Source of the DNA: a bacterium
Lineage (GTDB): Bacteria; Zhuqueibacterota; Zhuqueibacteria; Residuimicrobiales; Krinioviventaceae
DNA length: 64,000 nucleotides
Direction of reading: 5' to 3'
Assembly: GCA_963674595.2 (NCBI GenBank)
Contig: CAXXFV010000015.1
Coordinates: 1-64,000, forward strand
Shown: in pieces, positions 30,424 to 41,036 of the stretch
Layout of the letters: the number at the start of each line of letters is the position of its first letter
Numbering within the stretch: the stretch's first letter is position 1
Position numbers and translations under genes: made by a program
The notes under the pieces: generated by a model
Told to the model about the DNA's origin: nothing
Database searches by the model: none
What the model saw: the letters and a program-made list of their open reading frames with translations, nothing else

Positions 30424-31824
30424 TTATTGGCCCTTAAATCTTAACATGACATGTATTGTAAAAAAGATTATTCTGAAATCCAAGCGTAAAGATATATTAT
30501 CGATATAATAAAGATCATATTCCAGCTTTTCTTTAACTTCGTCAAAAGTTGTGTCGTATTTCCCTTTTACCTGTGCCCATCCGGTTATGCCGGGTTTTAC
30601 TTTGAGGCGGCGTGTATAAAAGGGATATTCTCTTTTTAATCGATCGACAAAATAAGGTCTTTCCGGCCTCGGCCCAACGATACTCATATCGCCGTAAAGA
30701 ACGTTAATTAATTGTGGAAATTCGTCGAGGCGTAATTTTCGGATAATTCGTCCGGTGCGTGTAATTCGCGGGTCTTTTTTACCGGCCCAAACAGGTCCGG
30801 TCATACGTTCGGCATCCATAACCATGGAACGAAATTTATAAATAGTAAAAATTTTTCCGTTTTTACCCACTCTTTTTTGTTTAAAAAATACCGGACCTGG
30901 CGAATCCAGCTTTATTAAAATAGCAAGCAGGATGAAAACAGGTGAAAAAATAAACAATGCAATAAGGGAAAAACTTACATCAATAAATCGTTTCATTTGT
31001 TTTTCCCAATTTGGCATTAGCTGCGGGTGAACTTCAATCAACGGAAAACCATAAATCTGGTGCGTTCGTGCCTGGCCCATAATTATATGATAGAGTTCAG
31101 GTTCAATTTTTATATTTATCGGCAAATCTTCACATTGTGAAATAACGTTTAGCACCGTTTTTTGAGGTACTTTTCCAAGTGAAAGGATCACCTCTTCAAC
31201 CTGATTTTCTTTTACAATTGCAGCCAGTTTTCGAATGTTTCCCAAAACGTTGAGGCATTCAAATTTTTCATCAACATCCTTGTTGTTTAGGCTGACAAAG
31301 CCGACAAGTTTATAACCTAAGGCAGGATATTGTTTGATTTTTTTTGCCAGTTTTTTTGCCTCATCATTCCAACCGATGATGATCGTATTACGTTGACCGA
31401 TACCGGCTTGCAGTAATTTTCGCTGAATGGTGTGTAAAAACAAACGCCCTGTACCGACCGATAAAACCAAAAGTCCCCAATAGCTTAACAACATCATCCG
31501 ACCGAGTGTCGGCGGTTGTGAAAGGTCTTTTTCCGGTTCAAATGTAAAAACAAAAATTAGAATGATTCCGATACTGACAGCTTTAACAACAGCTATAATT
31601 TCATCAAACCTGGATTTGGTGTACCACGATTGATATAAACCATAGAATAGAAACAGCAGTATCCAAAAGCATGTAACAAAAATCGATATTTTTAACAAAA
31701 ACAAAAATTGCTGTTCGACAAACAGGTTCGCTGTTGATCGAATTGTTACAAGTCCCCAAAAAGCAATTGTTATTGTTAAAAAATCTATAACAAGTAACAG
31801 AATTTTTTCAATTGGTTTTGGCAT
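30424..31824 (-). CDS. Undecaprenyl-phosphate sugar phosphotransferase (WcaJ/CpsE-type initiating GT)
   Basis: N-terminal TM helices, CoA-binding-like domain, KFRSM, DPRIT, LDEFPQL, MSIVGPRPE, KPGITGWAQV. Confidence 0.93.
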   Translation of the reverse strand: MPKPIEKILLLVIDFLTITIAFWGLVTIRSTANLFVEQQFLFLLKISIFVTCFWILLFLFYGLYQSWYTKSRFDEIIAVVKAVSIGIILIFVFTFEPEKDLSQPPTLGRMMLLSYWGLLVLSVGTGRLFLHTIQRKLLQAGIGQRNTIIIGWNDEAKKLAKKIKQYPALGYKLVGFVSLNNKDVDEKFECLNVLGNIRKLAAIVKENQVEEVILSLGKVPQKTVLNVISQCEDLPINIKIEPELYHIIMGQARTHQIYGFPLIEVHPQLMPNWEKQMKRFIDVSFSLIALFIFSPVFILLAILIKLDSPGPVFFKQKRVGKNGKIFTIYKFRSMVMDAERMTGPVWAGKKDPRITRTGRIIRKLRLDEFPQLINVLYGDMSIVGPRPERPYFVDRLKREYPFYTRRLKVKPGITGWAQVKGKYDTTFDEVKEKLEYDLYYIDNISLRLDFRIIFFTIHVMLRFKGQ

Positions 31825-31836
31825 AAGAGAAAATTA

Positions 31837-32853
31837 TTATTTATATGTTTTAAACAATCCAACTATAAAACCGCTTCCCCAGCACAGATGCAGAATTGCA
31901 AAGATAAAGGGATAGATAAACAAAGCTCCCGGATTTCTTTTTTTAAACGAGGTAATTACTGAAGCCGTAAAAAGCACCATCAAATAAAAAAGCCATATAC
32001 CGGCAAACAATTTTAAAAATATCGGATAAAAAATACCGAAAATTAAGGATAACAGTGAAACGAGTATAAATGCCGGCGGTGTTAAATGAATGATTTTTGA
32101 GGCATCAAAATGTTTTTTAATAACATTGGCCCTTAAAATTCCATAATTTAAAAATTGTTTGGCCAGGCTTTTTAAACAAGGCCGTGGATAGTAATAAGAT
32201 ACAATTTCGGGTGTAAAATATATTTTATGCCCTGCTTTACGAATTCTCCAGTTTAACTCAGCGTCTTCTGAAATATGCAGTTCTTCGTCAAAATAGCCGA
32301 TTTCATCAAATAACTTTTTATTATAAGCGGCATAAACTACCGTATCAACAAATCTGGCTTTGTTCGCAAAACGATATGGTGCGCTGGGAATGCCAAAGAT
32401 GGAGCCCATAGCATCTCCAATTGCCTGCTGAATAAACGTTTCACCAATGTTAACCTGAGTACCGCCGGTACATAGAACATCCATTTTTTGCATATAAAGG
32501 ATGTTTAATTTAATAAAGTCAGATTTTATTTTTGTATGTGCACCTAAAATTATAACGACAGATCCTGTAGATTTTTTAATGCCGATGTTTAATGCGGCAG
32601 GTGTTCGTTTAATCGGATTGTCTTCCAATTTAACATTTGAACTGTTCTTTGAAAAGTTTTGAACAATTTCCCTGGATCCGTCAGTTGAAAAGCCATCGAC
32701 AACAACTATTTCGATTTTATCCGTTGGATAGTCCTGTGATAAAATTGAAGTAATACATCGTTCGATGGCTTTTACTTCATTCAACATGGGAATGACAATA
32801 GATACAAGTGGTAGATTATTTTCTCTTTGTTCGGTCAAGAGTTCTCCGTTCAT
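31837..32853 (-). CDS. GT2 glycosyltransferase (ExoA-like)
   Basis: VSIVIPMLNE, VDGFSTDGS, FDEELHISEDAELNWRI, C-terminal TM helices. Confidence 0.9.
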   Translation of the reverse strand: MNGELLTEQRENNLPLVSIVIPMLNEVKAIERCITSILSQDYPTDKIEIVVVDGFSTDGSREIVQNFSKNSSNVKLEDNPIKRTPAALNIGIKKSTGSVVIILGAHTKIKSDFIKLNILYMQKMDVLCTGGTQVNIGETFIQQAIGDAMGSIFGIPSAPYRFANKARFVDTVVYAAYNKKLFDEIGYFDEELHISEDAELNWRIRKAGHKIYFTPEIVSYYYPRPCLKSLAKQFLNYGILRANVIKKHFDASKIIHLTPPAFILVSLLSLIFGIFYPIFLKLFAGIWLFYLMVLFTASVITSFKKRNPGALFIYPFIFAILHLCWGSGFIVGLFKTYK

Positions 32854-32866
32854 AAATCTATTGATA

Positions 32867-33871
32867 TTATGTTATATTAATAACTTTACTGCCCTGTCGT
32901 AAAGAGGATTCGGCTGCTTCAAGAGTTTTGACGACTCGAAGTCCGTTATAACCATCTGTAACAGGTTTTTTACCATTTGTGCAGCAATCTACAAATGTTG
33001 TCATTTCACGGTTGAGCGGTTCAAACGTATCAAGTCTTGGACTGACAACATCACCGGCCCTGTAACTGAGTTGATATTCTCCAAAAGTTTCCGGGTCTTT
33101 ATAATCGACACCTTTGTCATAAATTTTTACTTTTTCAAAAACTTCCGTGTCATCATAAACAAGCATCTTTTCGCTGCCGATAATAGTTGTTCGTCTTAAT
33201 TTGCTGGGTGAAAGCCAACTTACCTGAACATGGGCAACCACACCGGATTTAAATTCCATATTTATAAATGCAACGTCCGGAATATTTTTCTGTACATAAT
33301 CTTTTCCCATTGCAGAAACTTTGATAGGTTGTTCGTCCAGCCAATGAAAAAGAATTGAAAAATCGTGTGGTGCCAGGTCCCAAATGACGCTGATGTCTTT
33401 TTGATGCAGGCCTAAATTTACTCGGGATGAACTAATATAATAAATTTCTCCCAATTCACCACTATTAATAATTTCTTTTATTTTTAAAACCGGAGGACTG
33501 AATTCAAAGGTGTGCCCGACCATGATAACTTTGTTTTTAGCTTCAGCGAGTTTGATCAAACTTTCAGCTTCCTGAGGAGAGGTTGTAAAAGGTTTTTCTA
33601 CAAAAATGTGTTTACCTTCTTTGAGAGCTGCTTCAGCTAACGGATAATGTGATGATACATGTGTAGCGATTACCACACCGTCAATCGAACCATTAGATAA
33701 AATATTCTTGTAATCCTTTTCAGTTGTTATAGTAGGGTAACGGTTTTTGATCTTGTCCAGTTTTTTTCCGTCCAGGTCACAACAGTAAAGTTGGTCGCAT
33801 AGACGTGCTTCATAAAGGTTCCGAACCAAATTTGGACCCCAGTAACCTAAGCCAACAACAGCGATGTTCAT
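32867..33871 (-). CDS. Gfo/Idh/MocA oxidoreductase (nucleotide-sugar 3-dehydrogenase-like)
   Basis: VGLGYWGPN, VEKP, VGHTF, WDLAPHD, SWLSPSKLR. Confidence 0.9.
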   Translation of the reverse strand: MNIAVVGLGYWGPNLVRNLYEARLCDQLYCCDLDGKKLDKIKNRYPTITTEKDYKNILSNGSIDGVVIATHVSSHYPLAEAALKEGKHIFVEKPFTTSPQEAESLIKLAEAKNKVIMVGHTFEFSPPVLKIKEIINSGELGEIYYISSSRVNLGLHQKDISVIWDLAPHDFSILFHWLDEQPIKVSAMGKDYVQKNIPDVAFINMEFKSGVVAHVQVSWLSPSKLRRTTIIGSEKMLVYDDTEVFEKVKIYDKGVDYKDPETFGEYQLSYRAGDVVSPRLDTFEPLNREMTTFVDCCTNGKKPVTDGYNGLRVVKTLEAAESSLRQGSKVINIT

Positions 33872-33884
33872 AAGCCCTCCGAAG

Positions 33885-35084
33885 TTAAATTGTATTGTAA
33901 AGACGAATTAATTCTTTTGAACTATTTTGCCAGTTATATTGTTCCTTAACGGCTTTTTTTCCGTTTTCTTTATAATTCGTGTTTAATGCTTTTATTTTGT
34001 AAACAGCATCTATAAAACTTTTTGTTGAATTCGATGTAAACGTCTCTCCGCACTCACATTCTTCTACAATGCGCTTTAATGGTTTTGCGTCGGAGGTTAT
34101 AATTGGTTTTCCTAATGCCATATATTGAAAAAGTTTATGCGGAATTGTCGTATCATTTGCAGGATTAGATGGCTGCGGAATAATACATATTGAACTGGCT
34201 TGCATATATGAGGGTACATCCTCAAAATCTACCCACCCCGTAAACCGGACCAGGTCTTCAACGCCATTTTCGATAGCAAGTTGTTTCAGGTCTGTTGCAT
34301 TCTTGCCGTCTCCAACAAATAATAAACAGATATTTGGTATTTGTTCTTTTAATAATTTAAGACTTTTAATTGGGGTTTCCAAACCTCGTTCACTACTAAA
34401 AGAACCTAAATATAAAATAGAAAAATAATTTTTCCAGGATTCAATAATAGCATTTTTTATTTCTATTTTACAGAAATTTTCCAGGTCAACAGTATTACTG
34501 ACAATAACAATTTTATCCTCCGGCAATCCCTGGTTCATTAAATTTTCTTTTTGTTCTTCAACCACAACAATCACTTTTGATGCGAATTTTAAACATAGAT
34601 TATTTAATACACGAGCAAATGCCGGATTTTTTATAGTATACCTTACTAGTTTATTTTGTTTCCATTCTTGCATTGCAGCCGGATAGTTTTCATGCATATC
34701 ATAAACAACAGGTTTCGAAAATATTTTTCCTATAAATACGGCCAATGGTGCAAGGGGTAAATCATGTACATGAATACTATCAATCTTGTACTGAATAATT
34801 ATTTTTATTATTTTATAAATCCATATAGGATTAAAAAACAGGGGTAAACGAATTAATTTTTGAATTTTTGCAGGTAAAAAGGAAAATTTGTATAATCTTA
34901 TTATGTTAGCGCCATCAACAAAGTCTTTTTTGTGTCTACTTTTGTTGTTATTGCAAAGAAGATATATGTTGTGATTTTGCGATGTCAGAGCTTTAATTTC
35001 CTTTGTAAGTCGAATGTCCGGCGGATATTCACTTTGAAGGACCATGAGAATGTTCAAATTATCTTCCTTTTTAATTATAAGCAA
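33885..35084 (-). CDS. GT4 glycosyltransferase
   Basis: IHVHDLP, YDMHE, VGDG, PHKLFQYMALGKPI; start uncertain. Confidence 0.88.
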   Translation of the reverse strand: MLIIKKEDNLNILMVLQSEYPPDIRLTKEIKALTSQNHNIYLLCNNNKSRHKKDFVDGANIIRLYKFSFLPAKIQKLIRLPLFFNPIWIYKIIKIIIQYKIDSIHVHDLPLAPLAVFIGKIFSKPVVYDMHENYPAAMQEWKQNKLVRYTIKNPAFARVLNNLCLKFASKVIVVVEEQKENLMNQGLPEDKIVIVSNTVDLENFCKIEIKNAIIESWKNYFSILYLGSFSSERGLETPIKSLKLLKEQIPNICLLFVGDGKNATDLKQLAIENGVEDLVRFTGWVDFEDVPSYMQASSICIIPQPSNPANDTTIPHKLFQYMALGKPIITSDAKPLKRIVEECECGETFTSNSTKSFIDAVYKIKALNTNYKENGKKAVKEQYNWQNSSKELIRLYNTI

Positions 35085-36141
35085 ATAATTTATATTTTTG
35101 GTTAGGGATTATATTTATTGTTATATAATCATTGTCCCTTTTAATTTTACTTTTTGTATTTTCATAGTTTAATAAATAGATGTCTTTATCTTGCCAGCTA
35201 TCTGGCAGATTAAAAATAACAGTTAAAGGTACTAATTTAAAATTACAGTTACAATCAAGATATAATGTGATAATGTTTTCATCAATCGTACTAATTATTG
35301 TCGTATTCGTACGTTGGTGAATATATCTGGTGACATTACCTAAAGGTGCAATCCATAAGCTATCGCTTAACCCTGAAACGTAATCAATATGGTTGCGAAA
35401 CAGTTCTAATGACAGAGAATAGGCATCATTAAAATTTATATTGTTTACGGAATGGAAACTGTATACAATCCATCCTTTGTCCTTTATAGCCTTGTGTAAG
35501 AGTTGATTTTTTTCATCAATAAACGCAGGCCAACCTACCCCAATATTTTTCAGGCAGTAAAAATCATCAGAGGTCGGATTATAGGGATTTATTCCCCATG
35601 CACCGCGAGCAACCAGATGATATTTACTAACAACTTTTTGAACACTTTTGTCAGAAAGACCATAAGGATATGCAAAACTAAAAACATCACGACAGAAGAA
35701 AATATGAGTTTTTATATCATGAATAGCTTTAGAAATTTCATTTGTCAATTCCGCCGTTGATATCTCGGTGCATTTTGGGTGTGACCATGTATGAGAACCA
35801 ATTTCATGGCCGTCCAGGAACAATTTAAGCCAGGGAGACCAATTTGTTATTACCTTTGTATTAAGAAAAAAGGTCCCCCGTATGTTTCTTTTCTCAAGTT
35901 CAGGTGCTGTTGTCGTATAATGACTTTCTCTTACATCATCAAATGTTATAGAATAAGCAGCAGTTTTATTTCCAGCCCATAGTGCTATTTCAAAAGAGGG
36001 GCTATAGATTGTTGGTACAATTGCCAGTTTTTCTATTTCTATTTGTATCTGGTTTACATCTGTAATTTGTTTATCACATCCAAAAATAGAAAAAAGAATA
36101 ATTGTTATTATTAACAAAGATGATGTTAAAGTTTTTTCCAT
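35071..36141 (-). CDS. Polysaccharide deacetylase (CE4) lipoprotein
   Basis: Lipobox IFGC; SITFDD, HEIGSHTWSH, FAYPYG. Confidence 0.85.
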   Translation of the reverse strand: MEKTLTSSLLIITIILFSIFGCDKQITDVNQIQIEIEKLAIVPTIYSPSFEIALWAGNKTAAYSITFDDVRESHYTTTAPELEKRNIRGTFFLNTKVITNWSPWLKLFLDGHEIGSHTWSHPKCTEISTAELTNEISKAIHDIKTHIFFCRDVFSFAYPYGLSDKSVQKVVSKYHLVARGAWGINPYNPTSDDFYCLKNIGVGWPAFIDEKNQLLHKAIKDKGWIVYSFHSVNNINFNDAYSLSLELFRNHIDYVSGLSDSLWIAPLGNVTRYIHQRTNTTIISTIDENIITLYLDCNCNFKLVPLTVIFNLPDSWQDKDIYLLNYENTKSKIKRDNDYITINIIPNQKYKLFAYN

Positions 36142-36154
36142 ATTTTTAGATTAT

Positions 36155-37258
36155 TTAATTATAATACTCTAAAATTTTTCCTGAAACATAGTTTATTTGT
36201 TCTTCTGTTAGTTGTTCTGACATTGGTAAAGATAGAATTTGGTCTGCATATTTTTCTGCAACAGGAAAACTGTCTTTTGGGTAATTTAAAAATTTATAAG
36301 CTTTTTGTAAATGACAAGGAATTGGATAATGTATTCCGGTAAAAATACCATTATCCTTTAAGAAATTTATTAAATCTTCTCTGTCTTGACAACGAATGAC
36401 ATATACGTGATAAACGTGTTCTGCTCCATTAATAACTTTAGGGGTTACGATCTTTTCGCATTGGCTTAACAATTTATTATAAAGCTGAGCGTTCTTTTGG
36501 CGGGTTTTTGTCCATCCACTCAAGTATTTAAGTTTAACATCTAGTATCGCTCCCTGTAACCCCTCCAGACGATAATTATGACCGATTATATCATGATGAT
36601 ATTTTTCCGGCATTCCATGATCACGAATCATCATGATTTTTGTGTATAAATCTTTATTGTTTGTGATAACAGCCCCACCTTCTCCATAGGCCCCAAGATT
36701 TTTCCCGGGATAAAAACTAAAGCAACCGCAATCCCCAAAGGTACCGATTTTTTGACCTTTATATTCGGCGATATGTGCCTGAGCACAGTCTTCAATAAGA
36801 AGTAAATTATGTTTTTTGCAAATAGCCTGAATTTTGTCCATTTGTGCTGGCTGTCCGTATAAATGAACTGCTAAAACCGCTTTTGTTTTTGGTGTGATTT
36901 TTTCTTCAATTTTTTCAGGGTCTATATTATAATAGTCAGGTTCACAATCGACAAATACCGGAACAGCGCCGGCCAAGCTAACAGACTCTGGAGATGCAAA
37001 AAATGTATTTGCAGGAACAATTACTTCATCACCTGTTTTAATATCCAGTGCCATCATTGCGGCATGCAAAGCGGCTGTACCGGAATTAACACCAACACAA
37101 AAATCGGCATTATGACTTTTGGCAAAATTTTCCTCAAAAGACTTGACAAAGGGACCGGCAGCAAAAGCGCTTGACATAAGAACATTTTGGATTGCCTCAT
37201 CTATTTCTTCCTTAATAGAGAGATATTGAGCTTTTAGATCTAAAAAATTTACTTTCAT
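36155..37258 (-). CDS. DegT/DnrJ/EryC1/StrS nucleotide-sugar aminotransferase
   Basis: NSGTAAL, VHLYGQ, EDCAQAH, SFYPGKNLGAYGEGG, HYPIPCH. Confidence 0.94.
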   Translation of the reverse strand: MKVNFLDLKAQYLSIKEEIDEAIQNVLMSSAFAAGPFVKSFEENFAKSHNADFCVGVNSGTAALHAAMMALDIKTGDEVIVPANTFFASPESVSLAGAVPVFVDCEPDYYNIDPEKIEEKITPKTKAVLAVHLYGQPAQMDKIQAICKKHNLLLIEDCAQAHIAEYKGQKIGTFGDCGCFSFYPGKNLGAYGEGGAVITNNKDLYTKIMMIRDHGMPEKYHHDIIGHNYRLEGLQGAILDVKLKYLSGWTKTRQKNAQLYNKLLSQCEKIVTPKVINGAEHVYHVYVIRCQDREDLINFLKDNGIFTGIHYPIPCHLQKAYKFLNYPKDSFPVAEKYADQILSLPMSEQLTEEQINYVSGKILEYYN

Positions 37259-37273
37259 AATGGCCTCCAAAAG

Positions 37274-38644
37274 TTAAATAGCCTTAGTATTGTTTGGTTT
37301 AATTTCTGAAATAAAATATCGTAATTTTCCCGATTTTTCAAGCGGGATATGGTCTACAAATGTAAAATGGACCTTAGTTTTTTCTCCTAGTAACTGTTTT
37401 ATTTTTGATTCAATAAACTGAAATCCATTTTTTGTAATATTAGTATTTTGGACAATTTTAAATTCAAAATCAAATTTTGATTTTTGAGTTACCTGGAAAT
37501 GATCTATTTTCCCTTCATTTATTTTTTTAAAATCACGTGCTAAATAGTCAAATATTTCTGCATGAAAAAGAGAACCATTGTTGCTGACAACAGTATCACA
37601 AGAACGCCCTTGAATTTTATCGATTAATTTTAATGTGCGTCCACATTTGCATGGTTCGGATAAAGGAGATACGTAATCTCCAACATCATAGCGTATAAAT
37701 GGCATTGCGTAATTATTCAAATTAGTAATGATGATTTTTTTAAGGTTCTCGTCAGAACTAGAATTCTCATATTCAATGTATAAATTTTCTTCCATCAGGT
37801 GCATATTCCCTTCAGGACATTGATATGCGATAATGCCACATTCACCAGCGCCATATTCATTAATTACCGGACAATTAAATGCTTTTTCAATTATTTCTTT
37901 TTGATATGGATATAAAATCTCGGATGTTGTTACAATACCCTTTAGTTTTAATTTCGAAACATCTGTTTTTTTATCGAGTATATGTTGGGCGATATTATAA
38001 ACACCAGACACATAACCGTAAAAAAACACAGGTTTGTAAAATAAAATTTTTTTTAAATATTTATCAATAACTTGAGGAGATAAATTGAAAACATTAATCC
38101 ATAATTTGTTTGTTATAAAATAATCGTGGAATTTAACAATGCTATGTTTTAAGCTAAATTTTAATGGTTCTCCCCAAATACGAGCTTGTTTATCTAATGG
38201 TAAAATATCCCACCATAATAATCCCCTGTATTGTGTAGCATAAGAGAATGATTGACTTGTTTTGTCCATATAAAAATTTAATTGTCGCCCTGTTGAACCG
38301 CTTGTAACGTTATATATAGCTGTTTTGTCATAGGGTTGGTTTTTTAGTTCATTAAAAAGAACATTAATTTCTGATTTTGATAAAACAGGTAATTGTTCAA
38401 GATCATTAAGAGACGAAAATTTTGTAGGATTAATATTTAATTCATCCCACAATTTTTTATAATAGGATATATTTTTATAAGCATGTGTTAATAGTTTTTT
38501 TGCTTTAATCCATTGAAATTCTGATAATTTTGACTTTTCATAATATTGAGTTTCTTCAAGCAATTTTATCAATGGGACTGTCTGCCTGTTACGCATTTTT
38601 TCATGTAATGAGAAAGGAATATTGTCTTGGAGTTTAAATTTCAT
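37274..38644 (-). CDS. CapK / phenylacetate-CoA ligase-like adenylate-forming enzyme
   Basis: TSGSTG, NEYGAGECG, MPFIRYDVGD, CKCGR, SGKLRY. Confidence 0.88.
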   Translation of the reverse strand: MKFKLQDNIPFSLHEKMRNRQTVPLIKLLEETQYYEKSKLSEFQWIKAKKLLTHAYKNISYYKKLWDELNINPTKFSSLNDLEQLPVLSKSEINVLFNELKNQPYDKTAIYNVTSGSTGRQLNFYMDKTSQSFSYATQYRGLLWWDILPLDKQARIWGEPLKFSLKHSIVKFHDYFITNKLWINVFNLSPQVIDKYLKKILFYKPVFFYGYVSGVYNIAQHILDKKTDVSKLKLKGIVTTSEILYPYQKEIIEKAFNCPVINEYGAGECGIIAYQCPEGNMHLMEENLYIEYENSSSDENLKKIIITNLNNYAMPFIRYDVGDYVSPLSEPCKCGRTLKLIDKIQGRSCDTVVSNNGSLFHAEIFDYLARDFKKINEGKIDHFQVTQKSKFDFEFKIVQNTNITKNGFQFIESKIKQLLGEKTKVHFTFVDHIPLEKSGKLRYFISEIKPNNTKAI

Positions 38645-38660
38645 GATACCTTGTATCTAT

Positions 38661-39584
38661 CTAATTATTTTGAAGCATTATCTTTATGCCTTTTAAAAAC
38701 ATTATGTTATTTTTATAATGTTTCGATCTGAAAAAAGTTGAACGTATTATATATCTTGACACCATTCCCAAAATATATATAGAGGTGATTATAATATAAG
38801 AAAAATAGCGAAAATGTTTTTTGAATAATATTTTTCTGCTTTTTACTAAATTTAAATATGATGTAACAGGTATTTCTTTACTGCTGGCCCCACCATAATG
38901 AATAATCTGGAATTTTGGAACAAAGTAAACCTTAAGACCATGGTCTCTGATTCGAAGACACCAGTCGACTTCTTCTCCATAAAAGAAAAAGTTTTCGTCT
39001 AATAAACCTACCTGATCTATAACTTTTTTACTCAAAAGCATAAAAGCACCTAAAACAGTGGGCACAGATCGCGTTTTATTATGAGCCCAATTTCGCAGGT
39101 AATTATAAGAAAAAAGATTTAATTTTTGTAGTAATAAATAAAGTCCAAAATTTTCTATAATTGCGTTAATTATAGAAGGTTTGTTCCTGCATGAGGATTG
39201 AAGAGATTTATCCGGATTTAAAATTTTACAGCTTACTAATCCTGCGTCGGGAGTATCCTTAAAAAAAGTTAAACAACCATTGATTGTATTATCAAAAACT
39301 ATTGTATCCGGATTTAAAAAAAGTAAATATTCTCCACAGCATATTTTTATTGCCTGGTTGTTTGCTGCCGCAAAACCTACATTTTTATTATTTGAAATAA
39401 TCTTTAAATCATTAAATACTGATTTTAATGCTTGAACACTATCATCCGAAGAATTATTGTCAACAACTATTATTTCGTATGTTGTGTTTAGGATTGTTTT
39501 TTTAATTGATTTTATACAGTTAATTAATAAATCTTTAACATTATAGCTAACAATTATTATTGACAAGGTTACTTGATGAGACAT
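38661..39584 (-). CDS. GT2 glycosyltransferase (WbbL-like)
   Basis: SIIIVSYN, VDNNSSD, GFAAANN, LNPDT, DENFFFYGEEVDWCLR. Confidence 0.9.
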   Translation of the reverse strand: MSHQVTLSIIIVSYNVKDLLINCIKSIKKTILNTTYEIIVVDNNSSDDSVQALKSVFNDLKIISNNKNVGFAAANNQAIKICCGEYLLFLNPDTIVFDNTINGCLTFFKDTPDAGLVSCKILNPDKSLQSSCRNKPSIINAIIENFGLYLLLQKLNLFSYNYLRNWAHNKTRSVPTVLGAFMLLSKKVIDQVGLLDENFFFYGEEVDWCLRIRDHGLKVYFVPKFQIIHYGGASSKEIPVTSYLNLVKSRKILFKKHFRYFSYIIITSIYILGMVSRYIIRSTFFRSKHYKNNIMFLKGIKIMLQNN

Positions 39585-41032
39585 TAACCGGAAAACCTGT
39601 GCTTAAAATTTTTTATTGTTTGATTGATTAGATTATATTCGCGCTTATTATAAAGTTTTGTAACAGGGATTAATAATATAAATAAAAAAGGTGACATAAT
39701 TAAAGTAAAAATTAGGTTTAGTGGCTTAAAATAATAAATAAATAATGAACATACAACACCAATTATTGTTAATTTGACCATGATTTTGTTTAAATTAAGA
39801 TTTATTGTTTTATGAATAGAAAACGTCAGTATAAGAAAGCCGGAAAAAGATGTTACAAATTTTGCAAGGCCTGCGCCAATAATTCCATATTTGGGAATGA
39901 GTATAATACTTGTTAGAATATTCGAAATAATCATAATCAGGGCTGCTAATGTGTTTAGTTTTTGTCGGTCAATTGCTGTATGAAGGTCTACAAGGAAAAA
40001 ATTCAAAAAAACAAATAATTCAGCCCAGGATAGTATCATTAATGGGATTGCTGCCGGTGCATAATTCGCAGTATATAAAAGAGTAATAATTTCTTTGTTA
40101 AAAAAAGTTAAAATTATGGCAAATGCAAGACCAATTAATCCTAATAATTTTATGCAAAAATATGAAGAGAAATTTAATCGATCTTTATCATTTGTGAAAT
40201 AGACAGAAATTAGAGGAAACGTGGACATTACGATAGCATTTGGAATAAAATTCATAGGATATATTAAGCGAAATGCTGCTGAATAGTATCCAACAGATGC
40301 ATTATTTGTATAAAATTTAAGAAAAAAGACGTCGGCAAAAGAATACAAGTTGGAAAATAAAATATACACAGCTAATGGCCACGCTTCGCTTATAAGCATT
40401 TTAATGATTTTTGTATCAATTTTTAAAGCCAGTGGCGCTTTTTTATGGGACAGATAAGCAGTAAGTATAAAACCGGGAATAGAGCTTACTGTATAAATGA
40501 TAAGAATGGTATGGAAACCAGACTTGAAAAAGAAAGCAATATTAAGAAAAACTAATAATAAAACGGCATCTAATAGTTTAAAAAGTATCGGAAAAAACAT
40601 TTCCAGTCTTGATTCGAAAATATGTTCGAAAGAATTTCGAAGAGCAATTGTCTTTGACGACCATAGCAAGTTGAAAGAAAGTATAATGATTGCAAAAATT
40701 TGTTTTGAGTCAAAACTCATTTTTGCAAAAAAACAGCCAATTATAATAGCCATAATGGTCAAAACGGTGCGTAAAATAACACTATTGCCTAAAAGAATAA
40801 AGGCTTTTTCTTTATTTCGAGATATCTCTCTAACAATTATTGGTTTTAAGCCCATATTGGGTAAAATTGAAAGATAATTCAGCACTACAAGTGAAAATGA
40901 AAAAATACCAAAATTTTCTTCCAGTAAATATCTTGAAATTTGTATTGTAGCAACCAGGTTCAGCAAAAGACCTGCAATTTGCCCCAGGAGGATTATTCCA
41001 GAGTTTTTAAAGATTTTATTAATTGAGGGCAT
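39584..41032 (-). CDS. wzx: Wzx-type polysaccharide flippase
   Basis: About 14 TM helices; VGYYSAAFRL, LIPKYGIIGAGLA. Confidence 0.88.
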   Translation of the reverse strand: MPSINKIFKNSGIILLGQIAGLLLNLVATIQISRYLLEENFGIFSFSLVVLNYLSILPNMGLKPIIVREISRNKEKAFILLGNSVILRTVLTIMAIIIGCFFAKMSFDSKQIFAIIILSFNLLWSSKTIALRNSFEHIFESRLEMFFPILFKLLDAVLLLVFLNIAFFFKSGFHTILIIYTVSSIPGFILTAYLSHKKAPLALKIDTKIIKMLISEAWPLAVYILFSNLYSFADVFFLKFYTNNASVGYYSAAFRLIYPMNFIPNAIVMSTFPLISVYFTNDKDRLNFSSYFCIKLLGLIGLAFAIILTFFNKEIITLLYTANYAPAAIPLMILSWAELFVFLNFFLVDLHTAIDRQKLNTLAALIMIISNILTSIILIPKYGIIGAGLAKFVTSFSGFLILTFSIHKTINLNLNKIMVKLTIIGVVCSLFIYYFKPLNLIFTLIMSPFLFILLIPVTKLYNKREYNLINQTIKNFKHRFSG

Positions 41033-41036
41033 ATAT